A stretch of 64,000 nucleotides of DNA from a bacterium (GCA_041946805.1 JBHGBC010000002.1:32001-96000); one strand, 5' to 3'; counted from the stretch's first letter, positions 1 through 9,445 are shown. Notes: generated by a model from the sequence alone, not told the origin. Numbers and translations: made by a program.

Positions 1-1010
1 TCACCAAGGACCCTACCACCCGCAACCTCCGCCATTTCGAGGGGATCGCGTCCCCTGCCCCGCCCTGCCTGGTTTTCGATCCGCAGGTGGATCCCGCCAT
101 CCCCAAGACGTTTACCGGCGGCCGGATTCTCATGCCCAACCGCAACCACGCTCTGCATGCCCGCCTCCCGGGTTTGGAACTCGATGCGCGCGATCTCCTG
201 CCCCCCAGCACCAACGTGGCCCTGGCGGCGTTCAACATGGCCGTGGCCATGGGATGCGATCCGGTGATTTTCGCGGGGCTGGATCTCTGTTTCGCGCGGG
301 CGGAGGGCGTTTCCCACGCCCGGGGGACGGCGTTGGCGTCCCGGACCGCGTTTGCCGAAAACGAAGGTGTTCTGCATTACCAGCAAGGCGAGGTCCAGGA
401 GGCCGTCCCTGTACTCGAGGTGGAGGGGATCGACGGACGGCGTTATCCCACCACGCCGAATTTTCATGAAGCGCTGCGGCTGCTCGAATCGCTCATCCCA
501 AACGCCCCGGTCCACTGCGTGGATGCTTCGGAAGGCGGGGCCCGTGTCGCCGGCACGGAAATCCTGCCACTATCCCGGGCGCTGGAAACCTATTGCGGGA
601 AGTTGATCGATCCCTCGGATTTTCCTCCTCCCGCGCCGCGCCGGGATCCCCGGCCCACCGCGGCGGCGTTATCGAAAATCGCGGATCACATCGCGGCGCG
701 CGGCGCGTTGGCCGGTCAGGGCACGCGCTATCTCACGAGCCATCCACAATCTCCGGACCGGGCGGAATTGGAAAGGCTGCGGGACGCGATCGAGGAAGGG
801 GATTGGATCTATCACGCGCTGCAGGCGGCGCTGGAACGTGTGGTGGTGGAAATCGACCGCCCGGGATTTTGGCGGCTCCCTCCAGGGGAGGCCTTATGGG
901 AGCGGTACGCGTGGTATTTCGGGGAGATCGAACGGGCGTGTGGAGCATTCGGCCCCATCTTCCGAAAAACCGCCCGGGAGATCAGGATGGATTCTTCCGG
1001 TGCGATCTAA
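1..1010 (+). CDS. Maf/DUF115 (MptE-like) family protein, 5'-partial
   Basis: Frame is open from base 3 (TKDPTTRNLRHF...). Motifs STNVALAAFNMAVAMGCDPVIFAGLDLCF, SHARGT and VDASEGGARVAGT are typical of the family. Confidence 0.75.
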   Translation, partial: TKDPTTRNLRHFEGIASPAPPCLVFDPQVDPAIPKTFTGGRILMPNRNHALHARLPGLELDARDLLPPSTNVALAAFNMAVAMGCDPVIFAGLDLCFARAEGVSHARGTALASRTAFAENEGVLHYQQGEVQEAVPVLEVEGIDGRRYPTTPNFHEALRLLESLIPNAPVHCVDASEGGARVAGTEILPLSRALETYCGKLIDPSDFPPPAPRRDPRPTAAALSKIADHIAARGALAGQGTRYLTSHPQSPDRAELERLRDAIEEGDWIYHALQAALERVVVEIDRPGFWRLPPGEALWERYAWYFGEIERACGAFGPIFRKTAREIRMDSSGAI

Positions 1011-1201
1011 TGCGCGGCTTCCCGCAATTCCTCGAGGAATTCGCTGATCCGGCCCTGGCAATGCTTGTCGGCGAAATGACGCAGGGGAACCGGCGGCGGG
1101 GATTGCTTGCAGTCCGCGCACATGCCATGGCGTTCGAACACCGCCCACGCGGCGGGATAACGGCGCAGAACGTCACACACCAGGTCGTCGGGATGAAACA
1201 T
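1007..1201 (-). CDS. Small DUF1858-like Cys-containing protein
   Basis: 64 aa, DLVCDVLRRYPAAWAVFERHGMCADC...ADKH pattern. GGAG lies ~11 nt upstream; gene is directly downstream of nagA. Confidence 0.65.
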   Translation of the reverse strand: MFHPDDLVCDVLRRYPAAWAVFERHGMCADCKQSPPPVPLRHFADKHCQGRISEFLEELREAAH

Positions 1202-1230
1202 ACAATACGTAACTCCTATGGAATGAAGGT

Positions 1231-2478
1231 TCAGTGATACACCGGGTCGGCGGACCAGACGATATGCCCGGCCTTGATGGTCATGCGGTTTTGCAGGTTC
1301 TCGTCCAGGATGGCCAAGTCGGCGTCCTTGCCCACAGCCAGAATCCCGCGCCGGTATTTCCAGGCCAGCACCCGGGCGGCGTTTAGGCCGGCCATTTGGG
1401 CCGCTTGTTGGAGGCTTGCGCCGGCATGCCGCACCATGGTCTTCACCGCCCGGTCCATGGTCAGCGTGCTGCCCGCCAGGGTATCCGGCGAATCGACCAG
1501 GTACGCCCGGCCATTGCGGACCTGCACTTCCTGGTCGCTGAAGACATAGGCCCCGTCCGGCTGCCCCGCGGCGCGGATGGCGTCGCTGACGAGCAGGATG
1601 CGGTCGTGCTTCTTGACCTTCATCAGCAGCTGCAAAATGGCCGGATGCACGTGCAGCGAGTCGGCGATCACCTCCACGAACAACTCGTCCCGCAGCAAGG
1701 TTCCCGTCAGGACGCCCGGCTTGCGGTGGTGCATGGGGGGCATGGCGTTGAAAATATGGGTCACGCCTTCCAGGCCGTTGTCGATGGCCTCCATCAACTG
1801 CTCGTATTTAGCGTTGGAATGGCCGACCGAGAGATACAGCCGCTGCGGCCAGCCGTCGCCTTCCAACTCGGGGGAGCGCTGGTAGATCGCCGCCTCGTGC
1901 AGCACCTCCATGCCGCCCGGGATCTCGGGCGCGATGGTCATCACCCGGACCCACGAACCGCCCTCTTCCATGAGCAGCCGGAAGTTGTCGATCGTCGCCG
2001 GCCACATATAATCCGAGCGGATGGCTCCATGCAGCAGGGGATTCAAAAAGGGCCCTTCGAGATGGATCCCTTCCACGATCCGCCGCGGCCCGGCCGTTTC
2101 GCAATAATTCCGCAGCCGGCGGATGCTGGCCAGCAACGCATCCCGGGGCTGGGGATACACCGTGGCAATCAGCGATGTGGTCCCATGGCTGGCGTGGAAT
2201 TCACTGATTTCATCGAACGCGCCGGGATTGTCGTCGCAAAAATCATGGCCCCGGCCGCCGTGGATGTGGATGTCGATAAATCCCGGCAATACATACCGGC
2301 CCTCCAGTTCGATCACTTCCGCGCCGAAGGGGATATCCACATCGTCGGCATGGCCCATCTGAGCGATCTTGCCTCTTTCGAGGACCAGCGTGCAATCTTC
2401 GTGCCGGCGAAAAGGAGTGATGGCGGTCGCACCGGCAAGCACAATCGGTTTCACATCGGCATTCATGGAGATATTCAC
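1231..2478 (-). CDS. nagA: N-acetylglucosamine-6-phosphate deacetylase
   Basis: PGFIDIHIHG, GIHLEGPFLN, SVGHSNA, THIFNAM, LVSDA and LAGSTLTMD motifs. Alternative ATG start at 2466. Confidence 0.93.
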   Translation of the reverse strand: MNISMNADVKPIVLAGATAITPFRRHEDCTLVLERGKIAQMGHADDVDIPFGAEVIELEGRYVLPGFIDIHIHGGRGHDFCDDNPGAFDEISEFHASHGTTSLIATVYPQPRDALLASIRRLRNYCETAGPRRIVEGIHLEGPFLNPLLHGAIRSDYMWPATIDNFRLLMEEGGSWVRVMTIAPEIPGGMEVLHEAAIYQRSPELEGDGWPQRLYLSVGHSNAKYEQLMEAIDNGLEGVTHIFNAMPPMHHRKPGVLTGTLLRDELFVEVIADSLHVHPAILQLLMKVKKHDRILLVSDAIRAAGQPDGAYVFSDQEVQVRNGRAYLVDSPDTLAGSTLTMDRAVKTMVRHAGASLQQAAQMAGLNAARVLAWKYRRGILAVGKDADLAILDENLQNRMTIKAGHIVWSADPVYH

Positions 2479-2547
2479 AAAAGGGCGAAATTATGTAAGG
2501 TTGTTTCAGAGCTTACTTGGATGATGGAGGACGTTCAAGGATTATCC

Positions 2548-2772
2548 CCGCGGAAAACGAAAATGGTTCATCCGGCCAGTGCGTACTTGGCGGTGAAAAG
2601 GTATTCCATCCCCTCCCGGTTGCGGGTGGACACCCAAGTCCGCCCCTACCAAATTCCCTCACCCTCGCCCTCTCCCGGAGGGAGAGGGGATTGGGGGTGG
2701 ACCTCTCAATCCAGCCCGGTTGGATACGGAACCGGTTTTCATGACAATAGGTACGCAGTTACCGGATAAACC
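2548..2772 (+). repeat. Composite dispersed element, copy 1 (TTCATCCGG...GGACACCC-CCCCTAC hairpin + CCCTCACCC REP + GTACGCAGTTACCGGA tail)
   Basis: Colinear similarity by eye to 7965-8125, 37628-37838 and 59690-59915. Confidence 0.75.
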
Positions 2773-2879
2773 ACAAAAATGAACCAAAATGGAGGATGAC
2801 TGTCAGATTGTTTTACTCATTGTCAGGTTGGAATCCCCCCCGGCAGACCGCCCCATTCTATTCCGAGAGACTGCTATCC

Positions 2880-5444
2880 ATGGAAATCGATTTTTTGCGC
2901 CACTATGGATTCACTCCGCCGTTGATCGATACCCTGCGCCAGGCTTATGGGGAAATCCTGCTGCCCTTACAGGAGCGCGTCATCCTGGAAGGACGGATGT
3001 TCGAGGGGAAAAGCCTGCTGGTCCGCGCCCCGACCTCCGCGGGAAAAACGTTCCTGGCCGAAACGCTGTTTTTGTTCCACGCCCTGCGGGGCGGCAATGT
3101 GATCCTCCTGGTCCCCACCAAGGCCCTGGCCAACCAGCGGCACCAGCAACTCCAGGAACGCTACGCGCCCCATGGCTTCGATATCCGGCTTTCCACCCGG
3201 GACCATCCTTTCGATGATCAAAAAATTCTGGAAGGCCGGTTTCATCTGGCGATCGTCATTTACGAAAAGATGCGCTCCCTGCTCGCTTTGAGGGACGCGT
3301 TTCTCTCCTCGCTGGCGGCCTGCGTGGTCGATGAGATCCATTATCTGTTCGATCCCACCCGGGGGCCGGACCTGGAGATCCTGCTGTCACGTTTGCGGGA
3401 AGAATCCGCGCTGCCGATTCTGGGCCTCTCCGCCATGGTTTCCAGCAAGGAAGTGGCCGATTGGCTGGATGCGCGCCCGCTCGTGGAAACCCGCCGCCCG
3501 GTGGAACTGCGCCAGGGCGTGTTGTGCCAGGGCCGGTTTGTTTATAAGGAATTCAACTCCGGCCGGGAAGGGCATGAGAAACTATTTGAATCGGACACCG
3601 CTGACGAGGGCGAGGCCATGCTGGAGGCCGCCTGCCACTTCGCCGCCCAAGGAGAAACCACCCTGGTGTTTTGGCCGCGCCGTGGCCAGTGTTACACGGC
3701 GGCGCGCAAGCTGGCCGAGCGGTTCGATCCACCCGAAAAACCGGGATCTCCCAATCTGGACGGCCTGGAATCCACCGCCATGCGGGACTTTCTCGCCCGT
3801 CTCCTGCCCCGGCGCGTTGCCGTGCACACCAGCGACCTCTCCCCCGCCGAACGGGACCTCGTGGAATGCCTGGCCCGTAGCGGCGAAGTGCTGTTGATCT
3901 GCGCCACCAGCACGCTCGCCGAGGGAATCAACTTCCCCGTGGTTAATGTCCTGACCACCCGGCGGATGTACTCCCAACGCCCGGAAGACGCCGGCGCGGT
4001 CCGTCCGCCGGCCACCCTGCCCATTCCCCAAGGCCGGTTGTGGAACATGATCGGCCGCGCGGGCCGGCTGGGATTGAGCCCCTTCGGCCGGGGCATTCTG
4101 GTCACCACCTCGCCGGGAGACGTGCAGGGATTGATGCGCCTCTACCTCAACGAGGAATCCCCGCAGCCGCTTCCCTTGCTGCATCGCGCTCCCTTCGCGC
4201 AAACCGTGCTGAAAACCATGGCCGGCCGCGCGCCCTTCACCCGCGAATCCTGCCGCCAGGCGCTCGAACGCACCCTGAGCGAACGCATGGGCCTGTTCCC
4301 CCGGTCCCTTGCGGAACAAGTCGCACAAACGCTCCGCGATTTGATCCACCAAGGATTCCTGGTGGAAGAACGGGAAACGTTTCATCCCACGCCCCTCGGC
4401 TGCCTGGTGATGAATCACGGCCTGTCGTCAACCTCCGCTTACCGGCTGGACGACTATGTGGTTCATCGTCTTCATGACCAACCTCTGATTCTGGAAATAC
4501 TCCTCCTGATTTCCGAACTGGAGGAAATGGCCGAACAGTATGTTTTCGTACCGCGTCACGACATCCTCACCCATGCCTGGACGCGGAGGTTGATGCAACG
4601 GGTGGAGGAAACGGGAGCGAGCGAAACCACCTTTCTGGACGGCCTGCTGACGAATCCCGCCCGGATCCGTCCCGAACACCATGCCGCGTTCAAAAAAACA
4701 ATGCTGCTGCATGATTGGATCCAGGGGAGGCCGATTTTGGAAATCGAGAACCGGTACAACGTCTACGCCGGGGCGGCGCAGCGCCTGGCGGAAGAGGCGT
4801 CCTGGCTGACCGGCTGCCTCGCGGAAACCGCCGGGGCGCACGCCCTGAGAGCCGACTGGATTAAGCAACTGCTGATCCTGAAAGACCGAATCCTCCATGG
4901 CCTCCCCGAAGCTGCCCTAGGCTGGTTTCCGTTCCTTCAGGAACGGCGGCTAACCCGCGGATCCGTTCTAGCCCTGGTGGAACGGGGGTATGGCTCGCCG
5001 GAACAAATCTCCGGGGCCGATCCCGAAACGGTGCAGGACCTTTTGCCCGCCCATTTTCTGGAATCGAGCCATCGATCCAAGACCGGCCTAACCAAGGAGG
5101 ATTCGGCGCCTCCGCCAGCCGATCATGAACCTCTGGAGCAGGTGGTGGAACTGGATGACGGCCGGCCCAACCGGATGGTGGTGAACGGCGCGGCGGTCCC
5201 GCTGACCCTTACGCAATTCCGCCTGGTCCGGTGCCTGGCGCGCCGGGCGGGAGCGTGCGTGGACTATGAGACCATCTTGCGGGAAGTCTGGCCCGAGAGC
5301 GTGGGCGACCGCAAGCAAATCTCCCGGCAAAAGAAGTGGATACTCGGCCGAATACAGGATATCACGCATTCCCCGGCCGAGGATTTGATCGAGACCATCC
5401 CCGGGGCCGGCCTGCTCCTCCACGCGCGTGTGAAATGCCTGTAA
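2880..5444 (+). CDS. Hel308/Ski2-like SF2 DExH helicase with C-terminal OmpR/PhoB-type winged-helix domain
   Basis: APTSAGKT, VVDEIH, LSAM, ATSTLAEGINFP and MIGRAGR motifs; Hel308-like ratchet region WIQGRPILEIENRY...ASWL. C-terminal VPLTLTQFRLVRCLA...VDYETILREVW...IETIPGAGLLL. ORF is open from 2796; ATG 2880 preferred. Confidence 0.88.
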   Translation: MEIDFLRHYGFTPPLIDTLRQAYGEILLPLQERVILEGRMFEGKSLLVRAPTSAGKTFLAETLFLFHALRGGNVILLVPTKALANQRHQQLQERYAPHGFDIRLSTRDHPFDDQKILEGRFHLAIVIYEKMRSLLALRDAFLSSLAACVVDEIHYLFDPTRGPDLEILLSRLREESALPILGLSAMVSSKEVADWLDARPLVETRRPVELRQGVLCQGRFVYKEFNSGREGHEKLFESDTADEGEAMLEAACHFAAQGETTLVFWPRRGQCYTAARKLAERFDPPEKPGSPNLDGLESTAMRDFLARLLPRRVAVHTSDLSPAERDLVECLARSGEVLLICATSTLAEGINFPVVNVLTTRRMYSQRPEDAGAVRPPATLPIPQGRLWNMIGRAGRLGLSPFGRGILVTTSPGDVQGLMRLYLNEESPQPLPLLHRAPFAQTVLKTMAGRAPFTRESCRQALERTLSERMGLFPRSLAEQVAQTLRDLIHQGFLVEERETFHPTPLGCLVMNHGLSSTSAYRLDDYVVHRLHDQPLILEILLLISELEEMAEQYVFVPRHDILTHAWTRRLMQRVEETGASETTFLDGLLTNPARIRPEHHAAFKKTMLLHDWIQGRPILEIENRYNVYAGAAQRLAEEASWLTGCLAETAGAHALRADWIKQLLILKDRILHGLPEAALGWFPFLQERRLTRGSVLALVERGYGSPEQISGADPETVQDLLPAHFLESSHRSKTGLTKEDSAPPPADHEPLEQVVELDDGRPNRMVVNGAAVPLTLTQFRLVRCLARRAGACVDYETILREVWPESVGDRKQISRQKKWILGRIQDITHSPAEDLIETIPGAGLLLHARVKCL

Positions 5445-5575
5445 CGGTTTGCGGATTGGCCGGGTGATTTTTTGAGCGCCAAGGGCGCGGCATGAGAATA
5501 AGCCCAGGACGCATGCCTGGAGATAGGTGTGACAAAAGTAACTATTCCCGCTCTTTCTAGGAGAGATTCAGGATC

Positions 5576-6589
5576 TTACAACCGGCCGATGTAGACCATG
5601 CGCCGCGCCGGGTGTTTTGGAGGCGAATCCCAGGGTGGCCCCGTGGGAGCCGAGAGGGCTGATAACCAGCATAGGTACTTCTCCATCAGGCCGGCTTGCT
5701 GCTCCACCAAGTCCATCAAGTGGGGCAGCACGGCGTCCCAGGCCTTGGAAGCCACCGGAACCGGAAGATGGCCGGCTGGGCACTGGACGGTTAATTCCGC
5801 GTAACGCAGCCGCAGCGTCTCGTCCTGTTTATGCATCAGGGCCAGCGCGGAGGAAACGTCATCCCCCCGGCCATCGCCGGTCCGGGGGGAAAAGCGGAAG
5901 GAGGCTTGTTTCTTGAACAAACTCAGCAGGACACCCTGCAGGCGGAACCGGATTTTCAGAATTTGCGCGTATTCTTTTTGCAGCGCCAACCGGCATTGGC
6001 GGGCCTCTTCGAGATGGGGATGCAACGATTTCCGGGCGGTTTCGTATTGCTTGAGGAGTGGGTGATAGGCGGCGGCCAGCTGGCTGATCAGCGGCCAGTC
6101 CTGTTTTTCCCGGGCTTGATGCAACTCCCGCAAGACTGCTTCGGCTTGGCCGAAAACCGGATCCTGGATTTTGATCCGTTCGATTCTCTCTTCCACTTCC
6201 TCCAATTCCAGGACGCGGTGGTTCACCCGGTTTTCCAATTTTTGGATCATGGTGGGGTAGTCCCCCACGGGCGGAAGGCCTTCCCGGGGCGCATGGGATA
6301 TTTCATCCAGCCGCGACCGGGCGAGTTGGATTTCCCCGCGGATGCGCGCGGCCAGGCTCTCGGGGCCGTCCCGCAAGGATCGAATGCTCTTTTTGGGCGC
6401 AAGCAGTTGCCGTTGTTTATCGAGTTGGAGATAGACCTCGGATTTTTTCACGAACGACGACTTCCCGTCCGCGATCCGTTCCATCAGGTCAGTGATTTCC
6501 ACCCCCAATTCATCGGCTTTTTGCCGGGCCAGTTCGTAACGCAGCTTTTGGGCCAGCTGATTGCGTTGTTCTTGATCCAGTTCCATCAC
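5576..6589 (-). CDS. Hypothetical coiled-coil protein
   Basis: 337 aa, E/L/Q/R-rich helical composition, co-oriented downstream of the HD-GYP gene. No recognised motif. Confidence 0.7.
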   Translation of the reverse strand: MMELDQEQRNQLAQKLRYELARQKADELGVEITDLMERIADGKSSFVKKSEVYLQLDKQRQLLAPKKSIRSLRDGPESLAARIRGEIQLARSRLDEISHAPREGLPPVGDYPTMIQKLENRVNHRVLELEEVEERIERIKIQDPVFGQAEAVLRELHQAREKQDWPLISQLAAAYHPLLKQYETARKSLHPHLEEARQCRLALQKEYAQILKIRFRLQGVLLSLFKKQASFRFSPRTGDGRGDDVSSALALMHKQDETLRLRYAELTVQCPAGHLPVPVASKAWDAVLPHLMDLVEQQAGLMEKYLCWLSALSAPTGPPWDSPPKHPARRMVYIGRL

Positions 6590-6662
6590 CGCCGCTCATG
6601 AACCTCATCTCATAAAATGCCATAACGCATCCACTTATTCACCGCGTATCCACGCGCCGACT

Positions 6663-7736
6663 TCACAAAGGCCGGCGCACGATCAATTTTCCCATCCGGT
6701 CCAGAAAGAGGATGAATTCCTTGAGCAGATCCTGGTCGATCTGGGTTTTCATATCCCGGGTCATCAAAACCAAGGCATCGAAGGCGTTCATGCGGAGCTT
6801 GTACGACCGGTTAGAGGTCAGGGCGTCGTACACGTCCACCACCTTGCACAGGCGGGAGGTCATGGGTATCGCGTTCTTCTTGATCCCTTTCGGATATCCG
6901 CTGCCGTCGACCGCCTCGTGGTGATAGAGGGCGATCCGGTGCGACTCCTGCGACAACGCCTCGTCATGTTCCAGCCGTTCATACCCTTTGATGGGATGGC
7001 TGCGCATGATCTGCCATTCCGCGTCGGTGAGGCGGCCCGGCTTGTTGGTCAATTCACAGGGCACGTCGCATTTGCCGATATCGTGCAACAACAATCCCCG
7101 GGTGAGATCATGAATCTCGCCGGGGGTGGCGCCGGGATACGTATGGAGAAACAAACCCACACCCATGACGCTGACATTCATGCTATGCCGATACGTGCAG
7201 TAATCGTACGAACGCAGGCGGTTGAGCAATCCGATCGAGAGCGGCGAGGAAATCAGCAATTCCGCCAGCGCGCCGCTCACATTCGCGGCCGTGGCGATGA
7301 ATTCGCCCATGCTGGGAGGCGAGTCGAAGAGGTTCTTCATGACCGTGAGGGCCAGGGTTTGGACCTCCTCGGTCTTCACCTCGAGCGGCAGCGCGGGATC
7401 CTCGACGATGCCGGCCAGATTTTCCGACAAATAATACGTCAAGGCCGTGGAATGTTCGACCGGAACATAGACCGGACGGCGGCCCCCCTGGGTAAGGGAT
7501 TCCAATTGCTCCGGACGGATCGGTTCGCCTTCGTTTTTGAAAAGGACAAACCGCTTCCGTTTTGGAACAAAGAGATAAATCGCAAAATCGGAAGCCCGGT
7601 TCGGGACTAGATATTTCTGGTCCAGCTTGATGTAATTCTTCTCCTCCTCCGGTGGAGGCGCCCAGGCGGCATCGTGGGGAGCATGGGAAGCCGGCGAATG
7701 CGTTTGCGGAATCACGGCTGACTCTATCCTCACCAT
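6663..7736 (-). CDS. HD-GYP domain protein (putative cyclic-dinucleotide phosphodiesterase)
   Basis: TYRHSMNV, LLHDIGK, HHEAVDGSGYP and VVDVYDALTSNRSYK motifs. Confidence 0.9.
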   Translation of the reverse strand: MVRIESAVIPQTHSPASHAPHDAAWAPPPEEEKNYIKLDQKYLVPNRASDFAIYLFVPKRKRFVLFKNEGEPIRPEQLESLTQGGRRPVYVPVEHSTALTYYLSENLAGIVEDPALPLEVKTEEVQTLALTVMKNLFDSPPSMGEFIATAANVSGALAELLISSPLSIGLLNRLRSYDYCTYRHSMNVSVMGVGLFLHTYPGATPGEIHDLTRGLLLHDIGKCDVPCELTNKPGRLTDAEWQIMRSHPIKGYERLEHDEALSQESHRIALYHHEAVDGSGYPKGIKKNAIPMTSRLCKVVDVYDALTSNRSYKLRMNAFDALVLMTRDMKTQIDQDLLKEFILFLDRMGKLIVRRPL

Positions 7737-7964
7737 CCATTGGATTCAAAAACACATCCACAACTCAATCCCAATGATTGTTATATATCGTTACATAGCA
7801 AAATGTATCCTTTTATGAATAAGATGTTACCATCTATTGCCTGAATAAACAAGCGGAAAAATGGGAAAAATACGGTTTATCCCGGAAATGCGACCCTTCG
7901 AAGCCATAAGCCCATGGTTGAATCCCGGGGCTGCTGTAAAGCCGTCCCCTGAAGAGCACTCATT

Positions 7965-8125
7965 GAATTCATCTGACACATGCGGACCTGCTGGTGAAAA
8001 AGGCATTCCATCCACTGGAGGATGCAAGCGGACACCCAGCTCCGTCCCTACAAAAATTCCCTCTCCCTAACCCTCTACCGGAGGGAGAGGGAATTTCGGG
8101 TGTCTCTCTCCAACCAGGTTTGGTT
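7965..8125 (+). repeat. Composite dispersed element, copy 2 (most diverged)
   Basis: TTCATCTG...GGTGAAAAAGGCATTCCATCC...GCGGACACCCAGCTCCGTCCCTAC followed by the REP at 8059-8091. Confidence 0.7.
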
Positions 8126-8210
8126 GAGTTTTTCCGACGTAGCCCAAAATGCCCCGATGGAACTGGTGAATCGATGACTTGGAGCGTCAATAGGGCGCCT
8201 GTTCTGAATA

Positions 8211-8243
8211 TCCTCACCCTGGCCCTCTCCCAGAGGGAGAAGG
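8211..8243 (+). repeat. REP-like palindrome, family A (CCCTCACCC-x-CCCTCTCCC-loop-GGGAGAGGG)
   Basis: tcctcaccctggccctctcccagagggagaagg. Confidence 0.85.
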
Positions 8244-8334
8244 TGGTTACACTCTTAGGAATATGTACACACTTGCCGAATGAACCTTTTTTATTCCCAT
8301 CCAGTACCACCCGAATCAATCATCGGCTACTTTC

Positions 8335-9186
8335 TCAATTCGATTGAAAATAATCCGCCAGGGAAGCGAAGAGGGTATAACCGGGGCCGGGTTCATTCCA
8401 GCGCTCGGGGCGGCCGATGGCCTGGCGGCGCTTTTCCCCCCATTCGCCCGGCCACACCGTGGGGACCTGGCGGAGGAAAAAGGCGCGTTCGGGGTGGGGC
8501 ATGAGGGCCACGACGTTGCCCTTGCCGTTGCAGATGCCCGCGATGTTGGAGTGAGACCCGTTGGGATTGACGGGGAACTCGGGATCGGTGTCGCCCTGGG
8601 GGCCGCAGTAGCGCCAGAGGACCAGTTTCTGCTCGTCGAGAGCGCGCAACACTTCGGGGCTGTCGCTGATGAAGCGGCCCTCGCCATGCGACAATGTCAT
8701 CGGAAGTATCTGATTTTTGAAGAGTTTGCGCGTGAACGGCGTCCGGGCCGGAGGGGCTTCGCACCGCAGGTTGACCCAGGCGCAATGGTGTCCCCGGCGG
8801 ACGACGCGATGGCCGCGGGTCATGTAGTTGTGCGCCAGCGCCATCTCCACGCGGCCGGGATGGAGACCGGGGAGCAGTCCGCTTTCGAGGAGGATTTGCG
8901 CCCCGTTGCAGATGCCGAGAATCGGTTTGCCTTTCTCCGCCTGGAGGGCCAGCATCTCGAGGAGCGGTTCCTTGGCGGCGACGGCGCCGGCGCGGACGCG
9001 GTCCTCATACGAGAAACCGCCGGGGACGATGTAGGCGTCGAACGGCTCCAGCTCAGCGGCGGGCCGGTTCCAGCGGAAGACTTCCGGCTGCAGGCCGGCG
9101 ATCCGGACAGACCGGGCGGTCTCGTTTTCGCAATTCGAGCCGGGAAACTGCAGAATGGCGACACGGGGCAGGAGTTTTGGAATCAT
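8335..9186 (-). CDS. purQ: Phosphoribosylformylglycinamidine synthase subunit PurQ
   Basis: FPGSNCE, PGGFSYED, GICNGAQIL, SHGEGRF, NPNGS and MPHPER motifs. Confidence 0.95.
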   Translation of the reverse strand: MIPKLLPRVAILQFPGSNCENETARSVRIAGLQPEVFRWNRPAAELEPFDAYIVPGGFSYEDRVRAGAVAAKEPLLEMLALQAEKGKPILGICNGAQILLESGLLPGLHPGRVEMALAHNYMTRGHRVVRRGHHCAWVNLRCEAPPARTPFTRKLFKNQILPMTLSHGEGRFISDSPEVLRALDEQKLVLWRYCGPQGDTDPEFPVNPNGSHSNIAGICNGKGNVVALMPHPERAFFLRQVPTVWPGEWGEKRRQAIGRPERWNEPGPGYTLFASLADYFQSN

Positions 9187-9232
9187 GGGGCTCACTTTCG
9201 AGACAGGTGCGGCAATGGTTTTCGTGCTCCTA

Positions 9233-9264
9233 GGTGGCTACGCTGCGCTTGAAACCCACCCTAC
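9233..9264 (+). repeat. REP-like palindrome, family B variant
   Basis: ggtggctacgctgcgcttgaaacccaccctac. Confidence 0.6.
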
Positions 9265-9306
9265 GGGGCTCAATATTCACGGGCAGGAAGCCCATCCCAC
9301 GGATTT

Positions 9307-9339
9307 CCCTCACCCTGGCCCTCTCCCAGAGGGAGAGGG
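9307..9339 (+). repeat. REP-like palindrome, family A
   Basis: ccctcaccctggccctctcccagagggagaggg, between purL and purQ. Confidence 0.88.
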
Positions 9340-9445
9340 AATTCATACTTCTATCGTCATTTCCCAGGTCTTATGCCCTGGGCTAGGCTCATGCCGCGCC
9401 TATGCCGCTTAAAAGACAACAGCACTTTATCCGGGGCGATCCGCC

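Noticed and set aside
2880..6589. Helicase plus neighbouring coiled-coil gene as a Hachiman-like two-gene defence system
   Set aside because: The genes are convergent rather than operonic, there is no HamA-like partner, and base composition matches the host.
7969..8347. Short ORFs containing LTLALSQRE / PNPLPEGEG or GYASLTHP peptides (also near 2517, 9155, 24247, 28266, 32924, 41250, 50229)
   Set aside because: These peptides are translations of the REP hairpins, not evidence of genes.
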